From contig JYFJ02004228.1 of assembly GCA_000934665.2 (NCBI GenBank), forward strand, positions 1-33,880: a stretch of DNA of 33,880 nucleotides, given 5' to 3'. The stretch is from Catajapyx aquilonaris (Eukaryota). Shown here one piece after another: positions 12,935 through 22,563 of the stretch; position 1 is the first letter of the stretch, and every line of letters begins with the position of its first letter. Position numbers and translations under genes: made by a program. Under the pieces are notes generated by a model. That model saw nothing but the letters and a program-made list of their open reading frames with translations, had not been told where the DNA came from and did not search any database.

Positions 12935-13218
12935 GTGGCTGGGACATTGCTCTCCAGGGTAGCTCTACTGCAGTCCAATTGGAAAAAACTTCACAGCCTC
13001 TGTGGCTCACAGTGTGTAACAAGGAGGAGCTGCCAAAATCCAAGAAATCATATGAATGTGACATTTGTGGAAAGTTCATGAGCCATAGTAGCACCTTGCG
13101 GCAACACAGAAAAGTGCACACCGGTGAAACTAAGTGTCCCATTTGTTCCATGGTGCTCAATAGAATATATGATCTGAAAATGCACATGCGCATTATACAT
13201 GGACAGAAGGATTTTTGA
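12935..13218 (+). CDS. ZF variant exon 11
   Basis: Acceptor ttttttccttgccAG ends 12934, phase 1; CDICGKFMSHSSTLRQHRKVH-TGETK-CPICSMVLNRIYDLKMHMRIIH. Confidence 0.88.
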
Positions 13219-13767
13219 GAGAAGGGTGGGTGCCTTGCTTCGTGGTTTAGGGTTTCCATATTAATTACAGAACTTAATCAGGCCATTATAGCAGAGTCAC
13301 AGGATGTACCCGTAACAGAATTATTTTCACAATTAGGCATATTGAAATAAGGTCATCTAGATACAACGTTTAGGGATTTCTTGTGTTCATTACAAAATAT
13401 TTCATTCATACTTTGGAGGAGCGTAAATTATCTGTCATGCTCCTCTCCAGCTCGATATTTTCAGTTACTTTCATGGGCATAGTTGTTGTAAACATTATTC
13501 CCATCTAATATGATGCTCTCCATGTGATATGTTGCAATATTTTTTAAACATCAGGTTGTCAATTCAGTACTTGTCATGCAAAAGCTAGACTGTGACAGCT
13601 CTCCCACATTCGTTCAGTTAATACATTTTTGCCATAAGTAAAGGTAAAGCACTTGACAACAACTTTTGACACAGACTGAAGATATTATTCATGTTGCAAT
13701 TAAAATTTTGAGAGGTACGTGACTTGCCTCTAGTATCACAATTTCTCTTCTTCTTTCTTCCACGTAG

Positions 13768-14075
13768 CCGAAGAGGAATTCCCAGAGCGAAAGTTTTCGA
13801 GCCTGGTGGAATTTGAGCTGCCCCAGAGTAGTTTTGTCATGACTAGTCTGCCTACAGAAGGAAAAGGGCAACAGCCAGGTAGACCCCCCTCCCCAGCCAC
13901 CCATCTGCAGTACACCTGCTCCATTTGCTACAAGTCATTTGGGTGCTATGGATCCTTGCAAAACCACAGGGGCCTGCACCAGGGCACCAGCATTTGCCCA
14001 GTTTGCCACCAAGTGTACAGCACTTACAGTAATATGAGACGACACTATAGAACTGCTCATGGAGAGACAGATTAA
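13768..14075 (+). CDS. ZF variant exon 12
   Basis: Acceptor tttctcttcttctttcttccacgtAG ends 13767, phase 1, open into ORF 13806; CSICYKSFGCYGSLQNHRGLH-QGTSI-CPVCHQVYSTYSNMRRHYRTAH. Confidence 0.85.
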
Positions 14076-14258
14076 GAGAAGGATAGCTTTCTCCTTTTTT
14101 TCCAACATCCCCCTTTGGAGTCCAATTGTCATAAAGTAGTCATGTATTGTGAAATATATGTCGATAAAAGCACTGTCACTGGGAGTCTTGTTCTTGTTAT
14201 TTTTCTTAAGGGCATATGAGGCAGAACGAATGACTTTTTTTCCCCCGTTACGTTGTAG

Positions 14259-14476
14259 GGCTGCTGGTTGCAAGTGACACCGAACCTGGAACCATAGCCA
14301 AGTACCAGTGCCCGGATTGCTTCAGTTCCTTTAAGCACTTCTCATCTCTTAGAGACCACCGGCCATTTCACTCAGGAATGACTGTGTGTCACATTTGCTC
14401 CTATGCGTGCAGCACCGTTGGGAACTTACGAAAGCACTTGCGTGTCGTTCATAAGTGGAATGAAAATGCCAAGTGA
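14259..14476 (+). CDS. ZF variant exon 13 (absent from the ORF track)
   Basis: Acceptor ttttttttcccccgttacgttgtAG ends 14258; manual phase-1 translation (x)LLVASDTEPGTIAKYQCPDCFSSFKHFSSLRDHRPFH-SGMTV-CHICSYACSTVGNLRKHLRVVHKWNENAK*, TGA at 14474-14476. Confidence 0.85.
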
Positions 14477-14559
14477 CAATAGACGTAGTTGCAAAGCCAC
14501 AGATGTAATACGGGATCTATGGGAACTGAGCAGACTGGTTATTTTTCTCTTACCAACAG

Positions 14560-14855
14560 CACGCTACTTCACAATGGCAGGGGTACCTCCTCAGGCCAAT
14601 TGGATCAGGCATGGTGCAGATGTGTATCAGTGCAACTTGTGTGAAAAGGAGTACCGAAGCCGCCACGCTCTCCGCCACCACATGGCTGTCCACAAGGGGC
14701 GTACTCAGTGCCCAGTCTGCCATACAACATACAGTAATACCAGCAATCTGCAGAGGCATATGGCTAATGCTCATGGACGGGGGACAGGCCTGTGCAGTGG
14801 CACAGTGAACTCTGAAACAGGCATAGAACCTGAGAGAGACGTGTTATATCCTTGA
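14560..14855 (+). CDS. ZF variant exon 14
   Basis: Acceptor tttttctcttaccaacAG ends 14559, phase 1; CNLCEKEYRSRHALRHHMAVH-KGRTQ-CPVCHTTYSNTSNLQRHMANAH. Confidence 0.86.
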
Positions 14856-14958
14856 ATGCNCCCCCCCCCCCCCCCACCAACTTTTGAGTAGTTTGAAGAT
14901 CATTAAGAAAGGGTCCAGCATGCAGTTAAAAATATTCTCTTGTCCCTTCTTCATGCAG

Positions 14959-15236
14959 CTGGAGTCAAGCAGAGAGGTAGATGGCCTGGGAATGTTGAGC
15001 AGTTCTGTGATGCTCCCCGCGTTGTCTCTGAGCGTGCCCGTGACCCACTAGTGTATGTGTGCAGTGTTTGCCACAAGGAGTTTAGGCGCCAAGATTCACT
15101 GAAGAGTCACCGTGCACTGCATCGAGGAGACACATCCTGCCCTATCTGCCACAAGGTGGTCAGCCGCAGGACACACCTACGGAGGCATCTTAAGATTGTG
15201 CACAAGGTTGACTTGTGGGACAAGAACACTTTGTGA
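14959..15236 (+). CDS. ZF variant exon 15
   Basis: Acceptor ttctcttgtcccttcttcatgcAG ends 14958, phase 1; CSVCHKEFRRQDSLKSHRALH-RGDTS-CPICHKVVSRRTHLRRHLKIVH. Confidence 0.87.
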
Positions 15237-15399
15237 GAAATACAGTAGCCTTTGAATCCCTTTTAAAGCCCTCCCACAGTGTGTGTCACATTGAGTGGGA
15301 TGGGGGGATATAACATGAGACGTATCCTACGTTAAACAGCATTAGTGACGGGGGGGTCTTCTTCATTTACCTCATTACTTTTTTTTTCTATGTACTTAG

Positions 15400-15647
15400 G
15401 GCACTGGTTTCATCTCCCGGAGCCATCTGCATCATGTGACCCTGAGCCTACTATCCCTTTCCCAGCTGTGAGCCACCCATACATTTGCAACGAATGTGGG
15501 CAGAGTTTCAACCACCAAACATCACTCAGTGCCCACCGTCACAAGCACCGGGGAAGCACTCAATGCCCAGTGTGTCATGTGGTGTTTAGTCGCCCAAGTA
15601 ATACTAAGCGGCATATGTTGACTGCACACAAGTTGGGACAAAAGTGA
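15400..15647 (+). CDS. ZF variant exon 16
   Basis: Acceptor tttttttttctatgtacttAG ends 15399, phase 1; CNECGQSFNHQTSLSAHRHKH-RGSTQ-CPVCHVVFSRPSNTKRHMLTAH; AATAAA at 15749. Confidence 0.87.
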
Positions 15648-15929
15648 ACTCAATTTTATCAACTCACATTGTGCTTGTGAAAGTGCCCCAAAAATTGGCG
15701 GGAAACTCTTGTACTACTTGTGCTACCAGCACAACCCATAGCTGGATGAATAAATCAATTGAACTGACCTGGCATGAATCTGTACATAATTTAAGGATTA
15801 AGGTGCACATGAAGAGGTGGGAGGGCAGCATACTACAAAGAGAACGTTGCTTTGCTTGCACTGTAGATGAGATATAACAGTGAGAGAGAGAAATTGGAGC
15901 GGGTCTTTTCTTTATATTCCCTTTTGCAG

Positions 15930-16147
15930 GCTGCGGTGGCGGCCTTGTGCCTGCCCTCCCTTCCCTCCCATGCGACCTGTGTGGGCGAGTGGTCAGTGAC
16001 CGCTCAGCTCTCAAGCGCCACATCGACTCAGTGCACACCCGGGGAAACTTCACCAGTTGTACCATTTGCGGCAAAGTCTTCAAGAACAAATATAGCATGT
16101 GGGCACACAGGAGCCGCATCCACACCAATAAGGCAATGCCTTCCTAG
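15930..16147 (+). CDS. ZF variant exon 17 (Broad-like long-linker pair)
   Basis: Acceptor ttttctttatattcccttttgcAG ends 15929, phase 1; CDLCGRVVSDRSALKRHIDSVH-TRGNFTS-CTICGKVFKNKYSMWAHRSRIH; AATAAA at 16185. Confidence 0.87.
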
Positions 16148-16193
16148 GTGCAGTAGGTGAGTTAGGGAGAAGATTTTTAAGAAGAATAAAAAT

Positions 16194-16236
16194 AGAGAGA
16201 GAGAGAGAGAGAGAGAAAGAGGGAGAGCAAGAGAGA
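16194..16236. repeat. (AG)n microsatellite
   Basis: agagagagag... run just after the AATAAA following exon 17. Confidence 0.9.
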
Positions 16237-16606
16237 AATATATTTGAATATGACACATGCATTTAAAAGATCATTGGCTCTGTTCAATTAGTGACCATTT
16301 TTGGGAAGCACTGAAATAGGTCATACTTGCACAATTAGTTGCAGCGGTGAAATTGAGGTGGCTATGTGCAATGAACAGTCTGTTTTAATGGGTAGCATGC
16401 AAAATACACACCACACCATGCATGATATAAACTCACTGCACATTTGATTGAGCAAGTAAGACTTAAAGTGACACTTTAGCACATCGCGACAATAAGGCAC
16501 CCTTTTTAAGACCACTCCCATCCCCGCCATGGAAATGACTTTTCATTGACATGTGTAGAAAAGCAAGGAAGCCCACACTTTTTCTCTCTCTCCCTACCAA
16601 TTATAG

Positions 16607-17085
16607 GGCGGGCGCTTGGACTGCCCCCGAGCGATGTCCCGTACGGACCAAGCGTCACTATGAGGGACCTGGCCTGCCTGGGCGTTGCTACCTCATCATC
16701 CTGGCCTCCAATCACTTCTCCCCCAGCCTCCCAAAGCGCTAGCACACTTGCCCCCAAAGCCACCTCCTCAGCAAAGAAGTTGTGTCCATTCCAATGCCCT
16801 GTGTGCTCCCAGACCATCAGCAACTACTACAACCTGCTGAAGCACATCCGTATTCGACACAGCATTGGGCAGCAGAGGGCCCCCTGCCCTGTTTGCCACC
16901 GACTCTACAAAACCAAGTACTCACTCAGGGAGCACCTGAGGCTGGTGCACAAGCAGCCTCCCACGAGGCCCTACACCAGAGTTGGGAGCCGAGGTGGTGG
17001 TGGTGGAGGAGCTGGTGCAGGGGGAGGTGGAAGAGGGTTGGGGGAAGGCAGTGAGGATCTCGCACATCAGGGAGGCATGCAGTGA
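16607..17085 (+). CDS. ZF variant exon 18 (Broad-like, Gly-rich tail)
   Basis: Acceptor tttttctctctctccctaccaattatAG ends 16606, phase 1; CPVCSQTISNYYNLLKHIRIRH...CPVCHRLYKTKYSLREHLRLVH. Confidence 0.85.
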
Positions 17086-19378
17086 ATATTGTGCAGGGAA
17101 TATCCGTCGGATGTGATTCAGCGTTAGATCTTCTGTTGAGTTGCAAGTGCCATGTGGACAGGGCAGAGGCAAGGGCTGGTTTCTCTCAACAAAACTAAGT
17201 ACTTGACTTCTGGTTATAGAGGATGTGGATGATTATGCATGAAACCTAAACTACCTATGCAGGCTGAGTCTTTTGAGGTACTCTGACTCACAAATCAGAT
17301 TCTTCAGTGTGTTTATTACTTATGTACCTTGACAACCGTTCCAAAAGTGAAATGAAGGTTAGCCATGGCTTTTTATGTCAACTGTTCACATGCAACCCCA
17401 GATTTCAAACAAGGCAGTTGCATATAAATGGCATATGATGAAAATATTCTTAAGATTATTTTTCAATGAACAGATAGAGGTGATAGTGGGAGAGCAAGCA
17501 CATGCAGTATAAGGTAGGGGAGGTATTCTTGCACCAAATAGACTGCTCCCAACTGCTCATGTGCTTGTGCAGTCCCATTTTTACCCTCAACCAGCTCCCT
17601 TGAAAAGTAATCGTTAGCACTGATGGAAATGAAGGCAGAGGGATCATATATCAAAATAATGTCCAATGCTTTATCACTGGATTGACACCCAAATGTACTT
17701 TCTAGGTTATTGACCACACATGTCTTAGAGAGGTGTCGTAATTTATGGCACTTCTTATTCCTGCCCTTCTACCATCATGTAAGGAATGTATTGGTCAGTC
17801 CTACTCCATAATGGGTCAGGTTATCAAGTGCATTTTTTCATGTGCCTGTCTTGTCCACATTCTAAACCAGCACAAAACTGAAGTATTTGAAGTTGAGCAG
17901 TTATATTGTGCTAAAGTCAAGGGGCACATTTATAAGGAAGTTTTATATCGCTGTCTCTAAAATTATGTTGTTAAGTTTAACTTTCCCACATTATAATACA
18001 TATTAATTACAATTTATTACCAGAAATTAATTTATGGAACACGAGGCAGGAATATGCATCTCTATCCCTCCATGTGCCACTCGATCCCCATGGAGACTTT
18101 TTTTTTAATTAATGTAGTTCAGATGCAGTGAGCAAAGAGTAGTAATTTAGAGGGAGTTTAAGATGCCCTTCTGTTTTAAGTTGACTCATTTTTATTCGAC
18201 TGCATTTGAGTATCATGTGCCAAGGAGCACAACGTGCATAGTTTGGAGATTCTTAGCATTTGAGTATGGATGAGAATACTCCAACTTTGGCAGCTTTTGT
18301 ACAGTATTTTGGTAGAACCTCTGAGCATTTATTTTGGTCCTAGTCTGATGGTCACAGTATTACGAGTGGATGTGTTAGTGGGGACGGATTAGTCCTGACA
18401 TGTAAAAGGAAATAATTCACATATTTGTGACAAGTGATGAGGTACATTTAGAATTGAATGTTAGAAAGTTTGTGACAAGATTGTGTTATTTTTGCGAGTT
18501 TCTCATTTACCAATACAGCAACTGAATGTGTCCAGGGCCATTTTCAGACTGAACCTAACCAAACGCTTTAATAGCTTAATATAGTACATTACAAAGAGAT
18601 CAGGAAAAGTGATCAATCACATATGTAGTGCTTCCCAGATTGGTTACTTACTTTGATGTTTCAACCCTTCACGTCTTGGGAAGTGCAACACTTTGTCTCC
18701 CGAAATTGCAGGTTTGATTGCCAGAACAGTGGTCTTCAAGTAGACCGAGCAACATGATCAGAATATAGTGTAGTTTTATTTTGTACCTTAGATGAGCTTG
18801 TCTATGATGCAATATTATGGCATAAAGGTAGCATAATTATGTGAAACCTCATGTTGTCCTTCATTCCTCACAACTCTCGTCAAGAATGTGCTTTTTTATT
18901 ACTTTTGTTAAGGAGCTGTCTTCAAAGCCAGGAGCATGCAGGCTGCATGATAAAGGTATAGTTTGATAAACTTTATGAGAAAAGTGGCATTTCCTGTTAG
19001 TAGTTAGTTGATGACATTTTTCTATCTTTTCTGTTTATTTTGTGTATTGCAGGAAGGATGTCATTTAAACAGACTGTGTCACAGAGTAAAACTAGAAAAA
19101 GTGTTTCTTGCACTTTACATTTAAAGGTTTCAACCTTAATATTCAAATATTCAAAATGAAGCTGTGAAGACAACAAGTATCAGGGGGCTTTTTGTATTAT
19201 CAGCAGTGTATGAGCCTCATTCACATGCAGCACTGTAATAGCATGTACGTACCTCCCTGCACAGCCATTACATTTTGATAAGGTATTTTGCCAGATTATT
19301 TGCTGCAGAATTCTAAAAGAAGTGTCATGCATATAAAAGCATGACTCTTGTGTTACTTTCTTGGCCATCTCCCTTCAG

Positions 19379-19797
19379 ATCGCTTTGTGTGCCCAGTGTG
19401 CCAGCAGCACTGCCTAACTTCCTACACTCTGACTCGTCACATTGAAGTGAAGCACCATCCCCAGAGCCAGCCCCACCACTGTCTTCAATGTGGGAGGGAA
19501 TTTAGGACCAAGTACAGCCTCTCAACACACGTGAGCCGCTACCACCGGTCTTCAGCTCCTTCCATGGAGAGAAGTGTACCAAGAGGACCTCCTGCTCTAC
19601 AGAACAGCAGTCCCATGACTTCTCCCAGGGGTTCTCTGCCAGGAATTGCCACATTCTCACAGTTACACTCTTTGCAAACAAATATGTCAGGATTCTCAGC
19701 TCAAGCTGATTCAAACTCAATGCCAGAGTTCCCTTCCTCAAATAGAGAGCTGCGGCAACATAATGATTCAGCTACAATGCATCCAGAGGCAGACTGA
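19379..19797 (+). CDS. ZF variant exon 19 (Broad-like, last of the array)
   Basis: Acceptor ctttcttggccatctcccttcAG ends 19378, phase 1; CPVCQQHCLTSYTLTRHIEVKH...CLQCGREFRTKYSLSTHVSRYHR plus a Ser/Pro-rich tail. Confidence 0.86.
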
Positions 19798-21538
19798 ATT
19801 TATGCATCACTTTCTTCACTTTAGGATCCATCTGACAGTGTTATACTAGGCTGAAGCTTTTTCAGGTCTTTCTTATTATACAGGTGGGTTTATGGGAGAT
19901 GCCAAAGAGTTCCTTCATTACAATAATCTGCATAAGGGCTGTCCACAATGTAGTTGCAGTAAGGGGACACACAAAGAGTACTGCAGCTTATATACAGAGT
20001 GTTCCAACTGTCACTGGTAGAGTTGTTGTTTTTTGACACCCAATTGCTTATTTTCAGACTGCTTATTTGGAACATATCATATACTTTTAGGGTTATCTAA
20101 AATATTTCTTGCTAATATTAGGCCAAATGGATGCATCATTTTAAAGTAATTCAGGAGTGTGTAATGGTTCAACCATGGGTCTCAGAATTATGTCCATGTG
20201 CTATGAATGAAGAGTTATTTGCAATGTCTTAAGCTCAAAAACTCGTAGCAATTCAGGGTCTGGATGACTGCATCCCTGCAACCTAATACCATTAGGCAAT
20301 ATTGGTAACAGCTTCTAAACTTAACTATTGGAAAGTAATAATTCTTTACATGCATCGTAGCAAAAAATTACAAACCATTAGACTAATTAATAGAGGCATT
20401 TCAGTTAGTACACAATGATATGACTGAACTTTGGCCTGCAGGCCCTTCCTTTCCTCTCCACTTGGTCCACAGGCTGAACTGACTGACTTTTCTGATTCTC
20501 ACTTGATAATCACTTTTGCCCAATGTGACACTTCACTCTATAAATTTTTGCCATTCTATACTCTTCCTTGTTCATGTTGAGGCAATTGTTTGTGAACAGC
20601 TTCCGAACTTTCCTATCACTTTCACACCCCACTGTAACCCAATTTCCAGAGTGCATAAATGATCAACTTCCCATGCACTCGTGCCTTACTCCTATTGAAC
20701 ATAATGCCCCCACTGACTAATGGAAGCATGTTGATGTCAAGGAGCAAAGATATTTTTGGGTGAAAAATAACATTGGGTGGGATGTGGTTAGGAGAAATTA
20801 TTTCAGTCAAACTGTTATGTAACCATGGTGTGGAGCTGGCATTCTCCACCTGACTCATGTCTCATGGCTCTTGAAATAATGATTACTGACAATATTTGAG
20901 TTTAAAGAAGCAAACATAAACTTGTCTAGTTATTGTGAATTCAGAGTAGTAGGTATAAAATTATTCTTCCTTTTTTTCCCAAGGTAAATGTTGCATAAGA
21001 GAATTTGAGCAAGAAGTAGTGACCCTATTGTCCTCATGATATATTCACATCCACTTGCTAATGTATAAAAAGATAAATCCGAAATAAAGTTTGGACGTCT
21101 AGATTTATTCAATGGCCAAAGTGCTATTATTTTGGCTGCTACAGTATCATTTTGGACACAATTAAATCATTCATGTTTTGTACAGTAAACATTGGCAGAA
21201 TAGAGATACAGTACTCCTTACTGTATAAGACACCATAATTGAATGTGTTGAGTGTGAAAAGAGGGCAGTTTCTTATTCACAGTCCCTCAAATTAATGTGA
21301 CTTTAACTGGGACGCTTTTCATGATAATAGAGTTTGATGAAAGCTACCATAAGATTACAAACTGAATTTCACTAAAAGTGAATGTATGACCACACCAGTT
21401 TCCAGTCAATTTCATTCCAGATCTCCACTGGAGGAGAAAATTTATTTTTTACACCAACATACTGAATTATTACAATAGTTGTTTAAACAATGTTAATTGC
21501 ATGGCTGTTACAGCTGAAATAATAATATGAGAATCTAC

Positions 21539-22563
21539 ATCTATAATTTAGTTTGTTTGTGGGTGTGTGGATTTGTTTGTGTGTAGATTCGCTATAGAAA
21601 ACCAGGGGGCTACCAGTGTACTGGGGTGCTGGTATATGTAGGGGTCCATATACACTAGATACAGTATATTAGGAAATGTGTTTGTAAAAATTTCCCTTCC
21701 ATACACTCGAAACTCGAAATGTCTTAAAATGGGCCTTATAAGATGCAATCACACCCCCACCTCGTTCCATATGTTTGCTCTAAAGAACTTTAGAAATGTA
21801 CTGTACGTACAGATGCATGGTGGAAAATTTTGTTTTCAACGCGGAGTTATATTTGTACTGTAGTATTTCATTGTATTTACTTTTGTCTGGAAGTCTACTT
21901 TCAAATCCCACAAAATCCCGGAATTACCATAAGATACGAACTCACGTGAGGTGGCCAATTAGCGTAATTGGTGGATGCGTTGAATTTACGGCAATGGTTT
22001 AACTTGCTAGGTGTTGTTGCGTAAGGGCATTTCGTAGGGGAGACGAAGTGGGGCTGCGGAAATGCGCCCACGGATGTTAAGGTCCCGGGTCCTTGATCCC
22101 GTGCAGAGTCGGGCCGTCTCTGGCTTCGTTTCGGATGGAATCTCCTCAGACTAATCCACCCGGGGAGTTCACAAAATGTACCCTTTGAGAATTGCACTTG
22201 CACCTTAGTCACCCTGCCCGGGGGCTACGTCAAAATGGTTCCATCAAGACGAAATAAACGTTCCCTCCCTGCGGTACGATGCAGGGAGGTAAATAGGCAT
22301 ATTTTTAAAAAGGCATTTCCATGGGAATGGAAATTGATATATTGAACATTATTGATGTAAGTTAATTGTTAGGCCCGAGAAGTGAGAAGATTTGGGAATA
22401 TGCGTGTTGTGGGAGTTAGGTTCATTTTCGGAAGCTGAAACATGCGGCGTTCGATTCCTTGGAAAATGTAACCCCCCGATATGCTAATTGAAGGCGGTGT
22501 AGGGGCCTTCCCCTGGATTTCTATAAGGGACAAACATCCAAACTAACTAACTAAAATATAGAT
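21539..22563. mobile_element. ~1 kb non-autonomous element (copy B) with imperfect microsatellite-containing inverted ends; Helitron/Helentron-derived or MITE-like
   Basis: Left end atctataatttagtttgtttg...tatagaaaaccagggg resembles the reverse complement of the right end (atctatattttagttagttag...tatagaaatccagggg); interior duplicated at 1-674; no coding capacity. Confidence 0.6.

Larger units (their letters stand above)
1942..19797 (+). other. Array of 19 alternative 3'-terminal zinc-finger exons of a putative BTB-ZF (lola/broad/fru-like) transcription factor; common exons outside the window
   Basis: 19 same-strand cassettes, each a pyrimidine tract + AG acceptor entering in phase 1, a short linker, two C2H2 fingers, then a stop. 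No BTB domain is visible in the window, so the family assignment rests on architecture and finger type. Confidence 0.85.

Noticed and set aside
14860..14876. n followed by a poly-C run
   Set aside because: A homopolymer with an assembly ambiguity; no function can be supported.
15644..15877. ORF containing CTTC and VHMKR as a further ZF cassette
   Set aside because: Cys/His spacing is not C2H2, there is no acceptor, and it spans the AATAAA of exon 16.
2010..17172. Minus-strand and alternative-frame ORFs overlapping the ZF exons
   Set aside because: They are shadows of the coding exons with no domain or splice support.
1902..19797. ORF-track ZF ORFs as independent single-exon genes
   Set aside because: Most starts are non-ATG codons in or before pyrimidine tracts, and similarity between cassettes begins at the AG. 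All share one splice phase.
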